From a virus, in the UHGV virus genome UHGV-0305615: 30,965 bases of DNA. One strand, given 5' to 3'. This document shows, piece after piece, positions 1-7,838 of the stretch. The position numbers and the translations under genes are program-made. Each line of letters opens with the position of its first letter. The stretch's first letter is position 1. A model generated the notes under the pieces. It was not told the DNA's origin. It did no database searches and worked only from the letters and a program-made list of their open reading frames with translations.

Positions 1-591
1 TTTGCTCACACCGACGATGTAGCAGAACATGGTGGTCAGCTCCGCCGCCGCGCCCGATACGTCGTGCCCGTCTTCCTGTAACTGGTTCAGCAGATTCATC
101 AGCAGTGAGTTCTCCGTCAGGCCGAGAACACCAGACGGCGAGTGAATCAGGCTGCGGTAGCCGGGCTTCAGTGGGGCACTGTATTCTTTTTTGTCTTCCA
201 GCTTGATCGCCTCCATAATGGCGGGCATGAAGCCTGACAAGACCTTCTCCACTTTTGTTTCTTGTTGTCTTAAACGTTTCTCGCATTCAATGAAGTAGCG
301 TCGTACCTGACGACCTTTTTCATTACGCTCGACCATCGCCAGCTCTTTGGCTGTATCGAGGGTGAGGTGGTAGTCTTTTGCAGGACGGCCTCTGCCTATT
401 TTTTCCCGAACTTGGGAAATAATCATAAAGTCTTGATTTTCAACGAAACCATATTCAGCAATTCGTTCGACAATCCACGAAGCAAATCGCTTACCCACAT
501 CGAGGAAAGTGTGTAAATCACGGGCATTAACGAGAAGAGCGGTTTCGTTGGATATAGTGCCGTTGAATACGGGGATGAGTTGACTGGTCAT
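1..591 (-). CDS. Phage antirepressor (Ant/KilA-N-type), N-terminal 197 codons; 3' end lies beyond window start
   Basis: ATG at 591..589 with GGAGG 5 nt upstream; open frame runs to window edge; translation MTSQLIPVFNG...DYHLTLDTAKELAMVERNEKGRQVRRYFIECEKRL resembles remembered antirepressor N-terminal domains. Not in the supplied ORF track (no stop in window). Confidence 0.7.
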   Translation of the reverse strand, partial: MTSQLIPVFNGTISNETALLVNARDLHTFLDVGKRFASWIVERIAEYGFVENQDFMIISQVREKIGRGRPAKDYHLTLDTAKELAMVERNEKGRQVRRYFIECEKRLRQQETKVEKVLSGFMPAIMEAIKLEDKKEYSAPLKPGYRSLIHSPSGVLGLTENSLLMNLLNQLQEDGHDVSGAAAELTTMFCYIVGVSK

Positions 592-915
592 GATGACCTC
601 CTGTTTGTTTTTAGTTACGAAAACCAGTTAGTAGCTGGTGATCGGGTGTCAACTAGAGCACAAACAGTAGCTCCGGGCATATTCCCCTTTCGGGTGTTGT
701 ATTACGCCTCTCCACCCGACCTTTGTACGGATGTGACTATGCCAGATTGCAGGCATAAAAAAGCCGCAAAGCTATCGGGTGCGGATGACCGCTGTTTGTT
801 TTCTAGTGCGGTCAGTATGCGATAGCTCTGGCGGCATTGTCAAATCATGCGCCATTGAGTCCAGCAATCTCTGCAATACCAATAGCGAGATAATCGCGAT
901 TCGTCAGGCGTGATT

Positions 916-1164
916 TTATTGCATATGTCTTAGCTCCACTGAAGTTTTGATTTTATATGGGTTGCCTTTTACCTCAATAACACGATGAGGATCATTTTTT
1001 AGTTCTTCCGCAATCTTCCGTAATTTTCTAACAGCTGAACTGCGGTGTTTATAACGGTAAGTTACAGTTTCTTTTCTGTGCAATACCTCATCATTGTGGA
1101 ACTTAGTCAAAACCATGACGACTTCAAACCTGACGCCGTTGTGTGCAACCATAATCTGCTTCAT
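916..1164 (-). CDS. Hypothetical small phage protein (82 aa)
   Basis: Internal ATG of track ORF 916..1284; this ATG overlaps the TGA of the upstream methyltransferase gene (ATGA, 1161-1164), suggesting translational coupling. No recognisable domain. Confidence 0.45.
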   Translation of the reverse strand: MKQIMVAHNGVRFEVVMVLTKFHNDEVLHRKETVTYRYKHRSSAVRKLRKIAEELKNDPHRVIEVKGNPYKIKTSVELRHMQ

Positions 1165-1811
1165 GCTGCACGCTCCCGCCCCTGGATGTCTGTTGGTGAC
1201 AGCGGAGCATTGCTGAATGCATTTGTTAATCCGCCAATATCCAACGCGTATCCAGGGTGTAGTTGCACTGCCGGGTCTTCGCACTGATTACCCCAAACAT
1301 CGAAGCCATGAGACGTCTGGCGGGCGAACAGTTCAATGCGAGAAACATCGCCTAATAATTGCACAAGTTTTTCACGAACGATATCTGGCTTTCTTGAATG
1401 CTCAAGCCGCGGTGCGGTAAATGACTGAACGATCCCTGCATTAATGCGCGGAGGTAGTTTTCCCTTTACTGCAAACAGGCAATCTTCACTATTGGCGCGA
1501 GTCATGTGTCCCATACCCATAACCAGTTTATCTGGTTGTCGACTACCACATTTTATCCATGTGAAGCCCTTCATGGTCATCAGACGGAATCCCCAGGCTT
1601 CAACAACTTTTAGCGCTTCGAGTGGTTGTGTTGGCACCCACCACATGGCCAACAGACAGTTTTCATCGGCCAAATCCCACACAGGAAGGCGGCAGATATC
1701 CATCACACTCATAACCGGATATTTAAAACCGGCACCGCGATTACCATCTGCGGCTTTGTCCCGGTATACCCAGGGTGGATCTGCATAGATTAGTGTGTAT
1801 TTCTTAGTCAT
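1161..1811 (-). CDS. DNA N6-adenine methyltransferase, MT-A70-like
   Basis: 216-aa ORF with N-terminal catalytic motif LIYADPPWVY (DPPW) typical of phage MT-A70/Dam-like adenine methylases. Confidence 0.8.
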   Translation of the reverse strand: MTKKYTLIYADPPWVYRDKAADGNRGAGFKYPVMSVMDICRLPVWDLADENCLLAMWWVPTQPLEALKVVEAWGFRLMTMKGFTWIKCGSRQPDKLVMGMGHMTRANSEDCLFAVKGKLPPRINAGIVQSFTAPRLEHSRKPDIVREKLVQLLGDVSRIELFARQTSHGFDVWGNQCEDPAVQLHPGYALDIGGLTNAFSNAPLSPTDIQGRERAA

Positions 1812-2212
1812 AAACCACCCCGCAACATACTATACCGCTATAGTCGCCACGGCGAAGGCCGTTACCTTTTGTGATACATTGGTCCCTGCGAACCGCGATC
1901 CTTGCACGCTCAACATCACCAGAAGCAACATCCATACACTGAAGCCAAAGGTGAGCGGCAATGCGGAACTGTCCTTTTTTCTATCTTTCAATTGCGCGTT
2001 TTTCGATCTCTATCGCCGCAGGAGTAACGGCGACAATCTTTGACGGACTGCGCATTGAAACCTTGTTCATGTGATATTTTTCAAGTCGGCTTAACTTTCT
2101 CACTTAATCCAACCCTCTCTGAAAATTAATGCCAGCAGATAAAGCCATGCTGAAACAGAGGCCAGGAATAAGTACCATCCTGACCATTTGCTCCAGTGCC
2201 TTAGCAGCACAC

Positions 2213-2461
2213 TCATGCAGCGTTGCTCACAGGACGATATACACGTTGCTGAACAGGAGGCTTTTTACCCTGGAACTCTGCCGGGCTTGCTGCCTGACGT
2301 TCATCAAGCCAACGCTCAACTTCGTCACGGTTCCATGCGCAGCGTTTGTCAGTGATATACCAGCGTTTAGGAAATTCACCTGCGCGCTCCATACGGTCGA
2401 TAGTGCTCCATGACAGTGGCACCACCGCCAGGAGTTCCTTCTTACCTAATGCACCTTTCAT
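2213..2461 (-). CDS. AlpA-family HTH regulator / excisionase-like protein
   Basis: 82 aa; KKELLAVVPLSWSTIDRMERAGEFPKRW resembles AlpA/Xis-type HTH; GAGAGG RBS 6 nt upstream. Confidence 0.6.
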   Translation of the reverse strand: MKGALGKKELLAVVPLSWSTIDRMERAGEFPKRWYITDKRCAWNRDEVERWLDERQAASPAEFQGKKPPVQQRVYRPVSNAA

Positions 2462-2510
2462 AAATACCTCTCTTGGTTGCAGTGCGGCGCGCGTGGCGCC
2501 GCGGTGGTGG

Positions 2511-3392
2511 TTACATAGATGTTTCGTTTAATTCTTCCCGACGAACGCTGTAAACGTCGGTGGCTTTTGCCAGCAGTTCGTCATCATCTGAAAGTTTTTG
2601 TGCAATGTATTTGTAAGCCTTATCCAGTTCGGAGACAGTGCTGTAATTCATCGCTGCGCTGGTAAAGGCCATCAGCATTTCTTCTGGATCACGGCTATCC
2701 GCTTTACGCGTTTGCTCATCATGCTTTTTCACTGGTTTAGCGTTGATCAGACTGTTCATTCCCGCAGCAGTAGTCGTTTGCGGAGTAATGTCTCGCTCAA
2801 CGCGCGGTGCCGTTTCCTGTAATTCGTCAGGGGTGTAAACACCGAGAAGCACATCAGGAGCGTGCAGGCGAGCCCATCGTTTCGTGCAAAGATAGGCAAG
2901 CTGCTGGCGCGGATCCTGTTCCCACAATGGAGAGTTACGCACTCCGGCTTGCGCCATACTGATGGTAAGCTCACGGGGTTCTGCTTCTCCTTTAAGAACT
3001 GCTGACACAGTTACCGTCAGATTCGGTGATTTATCTGTTTTGCCGTTAACATTCGACCAGTCACCGCTCCAGCGATAATTCAGGCGTGTCGCTAGCAGGC
3101 TGGAAGAGGATACGACCGCGTTTACCAACTGTGCTTCGTAGCCTAACGTTCCGTTTACCACATGCGTTTTCTGCGCCACGGCGAAAGGGTTCATTCCCCA
3201 CTGTGCCGCCTGCATGGTCACCGCCAGACAATCGGCAGGTTTGCCTTCAAGATGTTTCGGTACAGTCGCTTTGCTTTGTGACATCAACTCCGCGAAACGC
3301 ACCAGTTGATTCATGCCCTCGGGGCTGAAGATTGCCGCAGCAGTGCCTACAGTTGCGCCTGGTTGTGATGTGATTGCGATATCATTGCTCAT
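2511..3392 (-). CDS. Single-strand annealing protein (RecT/Red-beta-like recombinase)
   Basis: 293 aa; start overlaps stop of the upstream exonuclease gene by 4 nt (3389-3392); family assigned mainly from synteny with the nuclease plus general sequence character. Confidence 0.65.
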   Translation of the reverse strand: MSNDIAITSQPGATVGTAAAIFSPEGMNQLVRFAELMSQSKATVPKHLEGKPADCLAVTMQAAQWGMNPFAVAQKTHVVNGTLGYEAQLVNAVVSSSSLLATRLNYRWSGDWSNVNGKTDKSPNLTVTVSAVLKGEAEPRELTISMAQAGVRNSPLWEQDPRQQLAYLCTKRWARLHAPDVLLGVYTPDELQETAPRVERDITPQTTTAAGMNSLINAKPVKKHDEQTRKADSRDPEEMLMAFTSAAMNYSTVSELDKAYKYIAQKLSDDDELLAKATDVYSVRREELNETSM

Positions 3393-4210
3393 ACGTACAT
3401 ATCCTGTTTACGTGCCCAGTCAGGGCGTTTAATAATTTCCACGCCGCCCCATTCATCATTTATGCGGCATTCGTGATAGGTATTCAGATCCCGGCGGAAC
3501 AGAGCGTGCCCGGCATCGACATCCGGCGCATCCAGCTCGAACACGCGTACCGGATACCGACCACAATCAATGCTTTCGCTCACGGCAAGAAAGAAAAAAC
3601 CATGCGGTTGACCAGTAACCCTCATTGCGCCTTCGCGGTACATTGCGTCCTGCACGTGGTAGCGGAATTCCTCGATGTGGCGTGCAAAACGGTCCATATC
3701 TGCAACCTTTTTCACGTCGACGATCACGTTGTGCTCGTTCAGCCATTTGTCTGGACGAATGCGGCACAACTCACCCGTCTCTTCATCGTTCCAGTACATT
3801 GATGCTTCGCAGTAACCAGGTGCTTCCAGCATCCAGCGTGCCGCCGGATGAGCCATTGCGCTATCACGCATGAGCTCAAGTTTTCGCCACTGCTCGACAT
3901 CAAGTACCGTAATACCCATATCCGCCACATCACGAAGAAATGCTTCTTCGTCAGCTTTACCTTGTTTTGTCCGACGATCGAATTTCGGTGAAACGATGAA
4001 GCGTTTGTCAAACTCTCCAGGTTCCAGAAGCAGACAGTGCAGAGCAGTACCCATGTCCAGTGCAGACTTCTTCTCTTCGTCTTCCGGAGCAGCCTTCACC
4101 CATTTCAGAAGGGCAGGGTTCTTAGCCACCATATCTAGCTGCGACTTACTCACGCCGTCACCGGCGTGGTAGTCCTCGTTGCTGATATCGAAATAAATTC
4201 CCGGATTCAT
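3389..4210 (-). CDS. Phage exonuclease, PD-(D/E)XK family (YqaJ/RecE-like)
   Basis: 273 aa; RIRPDKW...VIVDVKKV resembles PD-(D/E)XK active-site motifs; paired with annealing protein. Confidence 0.7.
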   Translation of the reverse strand: MNPGIYFDISNEDYHAGDGVSKSQLDMVAKNPALLKWVKAAPEDEEKKSALDMGTALHCLLLEPGEFDKRFIVSPKFDRRTKQGKADEEAFLRDVADMGITVLDVEQWRKLELMRDSAMAHPAARWMLEAPGYCEASMYWNDEETGELCRIRPDKWLNEHNVIVDVKKVADMDRFARHIEEFRYHVQDAMYREGAMRVTGQPHGFFFLAVSESIDCGRYPVRVFELDAPDVDAGHALFRRDLNTYHECRINDEWGGVEIIKRPDWARKQDMYV

Positions 4211-4506
4211 GCCGCGTCCCTCTGCCCATCAATCTGATCAGCCAGATCCCAGCGGGCGATAATTGCCATTGCCTCGCGCCGGTAGGCATCCATCAGTTCT
4301 TCGAACTCAGGGCTGCCTTTAGCAGCCTCCAGCACTTCCTGACGAACGCCTTTGCCTGTTACAACGTCGAAAGTTGAGGACAGTTGATGAAGTCGGATGC
4401 TCTCAATCAGTTCAACTTGTCGGTCATATAGCTGTTCTGACAGGCGGTAGTCCTTGTCGAATGCCAGCATGATTTTTTGAAGATTTTTCTGCTGATTAAC
4501 GTTCAT
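4207..4506 (-). CDS. Hypothetical early protein (99 aa)
   Basis: Track ORF 4207..4521 trimmed to ATG 4506 (MNVNQQ...) with GGGAGGG RBS; stop overlaps exonuclease start. Confidence 0.55.
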   Translation of the reverse strand: MNVNQQKNLQKIMLAFDKDYRLSEQLYDRQVELIESIRLHQLSSTFDVVTGKGVRQEVLEAAKGSPEFEELMDAYRREAMAIIARWDLADQIDGQRDAA

Positions 4507-4508
4507 TA

Positions 4509-4661
4509 TCAGCCCTCCCATATCTCGTTATCGTTGGCTACATCGCGAGCTTCTTTGCTGACGAAAGCCCACTTAATGCCTTCCTGTAAGGTGCGGAACT
4601 TCCAGCTCATGAATCCGCATGCAGTAACGCAGTACCAACCGTTGATGATTTTCCACTGCAT
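4509..4661 (-). CDS. Hypothetical small protein (50 aa), first gene of leftward early operon
   Basis: Not in ORF track (below size cut-off). ATG 4661..4659 preceded by GAGGT; translation MQWKIINGWYCVTACGFMSWKFRTLQEGIKWAFVSKEARDVANDNEIWEG; stop 3 nt before next gene's start. Confidence 0.4.
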   Translation of the reverse strand: MQWKIINGWYCVTACGFMSWKFRTLQEGIKWAFVSKEARDVANDNEIWEG

Positions 4662-4680
4662 AACTTGTTACCTCGGTCGG

Positions 4681-4695
4681 TTACCGTTGAGGTAA
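4681..4695. promoter_or_regulatory. Predicted operator (dyad TTACCGTTGAGGTAA), leftward early promoter region
   Basis: Exact TTACC-N5-GGTAA dyad just downstream of a leftward TTGACA -35 (rc of 4718-4723). Confidence 0.5.
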
Positions 4696-4742
4696 TGATT
4701 ATGCGTATCTGGTTTGATGTCAATAGATATGAGTTAAAAAAA

Positions 4743-4757
4743 TTACCCATAAGGTAA
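4743..4757. promoter_or_regulatory. Predicted operator (dyad TTACCCATAAGGTAA)
   Basis: Exact TTACC-N5-GGTAA dyad between repressor-gene terminator and leftward promoter. Confidence 0.5.
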
Positions 4758-4769
4758 TCTTGTTGGTAA

Positions 4770-4792
4770 TAAAAAAGCCGCCATAAGGCGGC
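4770..4792 (-). terminator. Rho-independent terminator downstream of repressor gene
   Basis: GCCGCC-ATAA-GGCGGC hairpin (4777-4792) followed on the minus strand by a T6 run (A-run 4771-4776 on plus). Confidence 0.7.
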
Positions 4793-4814
4793 TTACTTAC
4801 TGAAAAATATGATT

Positions 4815-5399
4815 TTATTGTTTGTTTTTTTCGTTCTGGTTGATGACAAATTCAATGTAACTTTCGATCTTTGCCTTCTCTGTTTCAGGTAACAATGCGT
4901 AGCGCGAGCGGTCATAGTTGATAGTTGCAGGGTCATGCGGATGAATCAGTAGTTCATATCCGTGACGCCCGAATGCAGATGCAACATTCTCCAGGGTGGA
5001 AATGGAAACGCTGACTTCATTGTTTAACAGGCGGCTTATTGTCACCTGGGCGACGCCGGATGCGCGGTGAAGTTTTCCCTGAGTTGAAAGGTCGCGGCTT
5101 TCACTCATCCAGCGTTCCAGGTTGTGAGCTGCCAGCTGACCAATGTCGCTTGGGCCGACAGGCTGAAAACCTTCCTGAGAAAGCGAGCGATCGATATCAA
5201 GCCAGTTACGGGGTTTATTGGCGGCAGCTTCAATTTTTCGCGCAACCTGGTCGCCGATAACCTTCTTGCCAAGAGCCCAGCGGTTTACCAGATTTGCCTG
5301 AGTTCCAAGTTTTTCTGCCATCCGCGTCTGAACACCATTGAATTCACGGTCGATCAAGTCGTTGAGATTTTGCCTGCGGACGTCCTGGATACTTTTCAT
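4815..5399 (-). CDS. Prophage repressor, CI-like, two HTH domains, no peptidase S24 (autocleavage) domain
   Basis: 194 aa; two XRE-like HTH stretches (MAEKLGTQANLVNRWALGKK... and ASGVAQVTISRLLNNEVSVSISTLENVAS...); divergent from Cro-like gene; dyad operators on both sides. Confidence 0.7.
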   Translation of the reverse strand: MKSIQDVRRQNLNDLIDREFNGVQTRMAEKLGTQANLVNRWALGKKVIGDQVARKIEAAANKPRNWLDIDRSLSQEGFQPVGPSDIGQLAAHNLERWMSESRDLSTQGKLHRASGVAQVTISRLLNNEVSVSISTLENVASAFGRHGYELLIHPHDPATINYDRSRYALLPETEKAKIESYIEFVINQNEKNKQ

Positions 5400-5454
5400 T
5401 TTCTGGAAAATCGCCTCATATATGAATCAGTAGATGATTCAATTTAAAGCAATA

Positions 5455-5469
5455 TTACCCAACAGGTAA
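5455..5469. promoter_or_regulatory. Predicted operator (dyad TTACCCAACAGGTAA) in repressor/cro intergenic region
   Basis: Exact TTACC-N5-GGTAA dyad. Confidence 0.55.
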
Positions 5470-5502
5470 ATGCACCTCATAGGTAACTATCCTTGATTTT
5501 TG

Positions 5503-5517
5503 TTACCTTATGGGTGA
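5503..5517. promoter_or_regulatory. Predicted operator (TTACCTTATGGGTGA) overlapping rightward promoter
   Basis: One mismatch in right half; lies within the spacer of a TTGATT -35 / AT-rich -10 upstream of the Cro-like gene. Confidence 0.45.
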
Positions 5518-5553
5518 ATATTTATTATCTGAAATAAATATCAGGCAATAGCT

Positions 5554-5784
5554 ATGAGCGATAACGGACATTTCGATTTCAAAAAGCACTGGCTTGCACT
5601 TACTCCGGATGAGCGTGAAGCCTTCGCACAGGAAGCCGGAACGACGAGTCACTATATCCAGACTCACTTAACAGGTAAGCGCAAAATGCCAGGTAAAGTA
5701 TTGATGAATGGGCTTTTTAAAGCCTGTAAAACAAGACAATGGCTGCGCTCAAAAGCAGAACTGGCATACTTCTTCTACTCATGA
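5554..5784 (+). CDS. Cro-like HTH regulator
   Basis: 76 aa; divergent from repressor; HTH-like EAFAQEAGTTSHYIQTHLTGKRK; assignment mostly positional. Confidence 0.55.
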   Translation: MSDNGHFDFKKHWLALTPDEREAFAQEAGTTSHYIQTHLTGKRKMPGKVLMNGLFKACKTRQWLRSKAELAYFFYS

Positions 5785-5805
5785 TATCCAGCTACAACCC
5801 TCTGT

Positions 5806-5829
5806 AGACCGCCACCCGGCGGTCTTTTC
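5806..5829 (+). terminator. Rho-independent terminator after cro-like gene (tR1-like position)
   Basis: AGACCGCC-ACCC-GGCGGTCT hairpin followed by TTTT. Confidence 0.65.
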
Positions 5830-5934
5830 ATATCTATTCGTACCTCAAAGGTAATAAAAAACCAAATCTGGTTGATCTTTTTTTTGTGTCAGCACAAAAT
5901 GACCGTAATCCCAATACTAATAACAGGGCTTACC

Positions 5935-6135
5935 ATGGAAATCATTACACGTATTGATGCCGCAAAGCGCGGACTTAAACGCTACTACACCGGAAAAACA
6001 TGTAAGCACGGACATGACAGTGAACGCTGGGTTTACAACGGACACTGTGTTGAGTGCACCATGGAATCAAACCGTCGTATCAGGGCAGAGATTAAGCAGA
6101 TCATGATTAATTCCTCCCCACAACATTCAAGCTGA
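5935..6135 (+). CDS. Hypothetical small zinc-ribbon protein (66 aa)
   Basis: Track ORF 5872..6135; ATG 5935 chosen (alternative ATG 5899); CKHGH...CVEC cysteine/histidine cluster. Confidence 0.4.
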   Translation: MEIITRIDAAKRGLKRYYTGKTCKHGHDSERWVYNGHCVECTMESNRRIRAEIKQIMINSSPQHSS

Positions 6136-6150
6136 TAGCGGAGATTAATC

Positions 6151-6942
6151 ATGAGCAGACATGCAACAGATTGGGCCTGGGAGACAGATCCAGGTAGCTC
6201 GTCATTAAAGCTCATACTGCTCTCGATGGCTGACAGAGCCGATGAATATAACCTCTGCTACCCCAGCATAGAACGCCTCGTTAAAGACACTTGCCTGAAT
6301 AAAAAAACCGTGCAGGCCGGGCTTATATCGCTCATGAAAATGGGGCTTATTTCAGATACCGGAGAGAGAAAGGGAGCGACGAAAAGAGTGCGGGTTTTCT
6401 CTCTTAATATAACCAAAAACGGGAACATTAAAGGCAACCGGGAAGGGGGTAATGAACCCGAAAACGGTAATGTTACCGAAAACGGGAATATACCCAAAAA
6501 CGGGATGTTGAATGATCCCAAAAACGGGATCCAGAACCAGTCATATAACCAGTCATTTAACCAAGAGAGGGAGAGCAGGACAAAAACCGGGAATTCTGTG
6601 CCTCATGACCCCGGCGCAAACAACGCCGTGATGAATAACTTTGTTCCTCCTGGTGGGCCAGGGCAATTAGGCAAATTTGTCATGCATGAACAATGGCAAC
6701 CATCAGATGACTTTCTTCGGAAAAGCTCATTGCAGGGAATCTACCTGGACAGTCTGCCAACGGCACAGGAACTTGCAGAGTTCAGAATTTACTGGATGGC
6801 TGAGGGTAAGGCATACCATCAGGCACAGTGGGAGCAGAAGCTGGCAAGGCGGCTGCAGATTAGCAGACAGAAGCAACCAACATTACCTGATAACAACGTT
6901 CCGCACTGGAACAGCCCTGAAGCGTGGGAGGATTTCTTGTGA
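6151..6942 (+). CDS. Replication initiator, lambda-O-like (HTH N-terminus, internal iterons)
   Basis: 263 aa; GGAG RBS; N-terminal HTH-like LILLSMADRADEYNLCYPSIERLVKDTCLNKKTVQAGL; internal DNA iterons produce an Asn/Gly/Lys-rich low-complexity linker; immediately upstream of P-like gene. Confidence 0.65.
   Translation: MSRHATDWAWETDPGSSSLKLILLSMADRADEYNLCYPSIERLVKDTCLNKKTVQAGLISLMKMGLISDTGERKGATKRVRVFSLNITKNGNIKGNREGGNEPENGNVTENGNIPKNGMLNDPKNGIQNQSYNQSFNQERESRTKTGNSVPHDPGANNAVMNNFVPPGGPGQLGKFVMHEQWQPSDDFLRKSSLQGIYLDSLPTAQELAEFRIYWMAEGKAYHQAQWEQKLARRLQISRQKQPTLPDNNVPHWNSPEAWEDFL
6413..6530 (+). repeat. Iteron array (five direct repeats, core CCmAAAACGGkAA) inside the O-like gene; candidate replication origin
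   Basis: Repeats starting at 6413, 6457, 6476, 6493 and 6517. Confidence 0.55.
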
Positions 6943-7724
6943 ACAACGTTTTTACCGCGATACAAAACCGTGACGGAGAAGCCCTTTCTCGCATGTCAGG
7001 TTATCAGCATCAATACGTCAACAATGACAATGTGGTGAACATGTCAGCAGAGAGGCTTGTTGATGCCCTTTTCAAACAGCTGAAACAACTGTTTCCGGCG
7101 GCAGTGGTAACCAACCTGAAGACGCCAGAGCAGGAAGTCGCTGCAAAACAGCAGTGGATTGCTGCGTTTGCCGAAGGTGGGATCCGAACCCGTGAACAGG
7201 TTTCTGCTGGTATGCGCCACGCCCGTGCCAGTGAGTCTCCGTTCTGGCCGTCGCCAGGGCAATTCATCAAGTGGTGTAAAGACAGCAAGATGGTTCTTGG
7301 CGTCACCATTGACGATGTGATGGCGGAGTTTCACCGGTACAGCAAGGAAAAAAGTTTATATCCTGGTGGTCCCGAAAGATTCCCGTGGCGACATCCGGTT
7401 ATGTACTGGGTCGTATGTGATACCCGCCGTGCAATGTATCAGCGCCAGCTTAGCGAGATTGAGGTTGAGAAACACGCGCGCAGGCTGCTCGATGATTGGG
7501 CGAAAAAGGTAGCTTCCGGACAGCAGATACCCGATCCGGTGATCAGCATACAGGCAAAGCGAGAGCCCATGAGTACACCTCCGGACACAGGGAGAGACGT
7601 TTACCATCCACCAGGGCGAAGTTTCGGGTGCATGCCTAACGCCGCCACCCTTGGGGGAATAACACCGGCGCAGTGGCTGATGGAGGAAAACAGGCGGGGA
7701 AAGGCGGCAGGATTTATCAAGTAA
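6939..7724 (+). CDS. Replication protein P-like (helicase loader)
   Basis: Clear similarity to remembered lambda P (SPFWPSPGQFIKWC vs lambda PFLPSPGQFVAWC; NGITTMEQVNAGMR-like block). GTG start 6939 overlapping O-like stop (GTGA) with GGGAGGA RBS; track lists 6924 GTG. Confidence 0.85.
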   Translation: MNNVFTAIQNRDGEALSRMSGYQHQYVNNDNVVNMSAERLVDALFKQLKQLFPAAVVTNLKTPEQEVAAKQQWIAAFAEGGIRTREQVSAGMRHARASESPFWPSPGQFIKWCKDSKMVLGVTIDDVMAEFHRYSKEKSLYPGGPERFPWRHPVMYWVVCDTRRAMYQRQLSEIEVEKHARRLLDDWAKKVASGQQIPDPVISIQAKREPMSTPPDTGRDVYHPPGRSFGCMPNAATLGGITPAQWLMEENRRGKAAGFIK

Positions 7725-7761
7725 TACCAGCGCGATAGCGCATTTTTTTACGTCTTGATAA

Positions 7762-7776
7762 TTACCTGTTGGGTAA
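7762..7776. promoter_or_regulatory. Predicted operator (dyad TTACCTGTTGGGTAA) filling a promoter spacer
   Basis: Exact dyad lying between TTGATA (7755-7760) and TAAAAT (7777-7782). Confidence 0.55.
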
Positions 7777-7823
7777 TAAAATATTCTAAAATCTATTGAT
7801 TTCGTGTATTATGTGGTTTTTAA

Positions 7824-7838
7824 TTACCTTAGGGGTAA
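7824..7838. promoter_or_regulatory. Predicted operator (dyad TTACCTTAGGGGTAA) 4 nt upstream of ATG 7842
   Basis: Exact dyad. Confidence 0.5.

Noticed and set aside
580-825. 81-aa plus-strand ORF in the gap upstream of the antirepressor
   Set aside because: No RBS and overlaps the antirepressor start and its likely promoter region; most likely non-coding.
592-915. Looked for a LexA box (CTGT-N8-ACAG) controlling the antirepressor
   Set aside because: No match found by eye in this interval.
1812-2212. Two short minus-strand ORFs (29 and 43 aa) between the AlpA-like gene and the methyltransferase
   Set aside because: No convincing RBS; too short to support from sequence alone.
6924-6938. Upstream GTG start listed in the ORF track for the P-like gene
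   Set aside because: The GGGAGGA RBS sits over this codon; GTG 6939 overlapping the O-like stop fits the spacing better.
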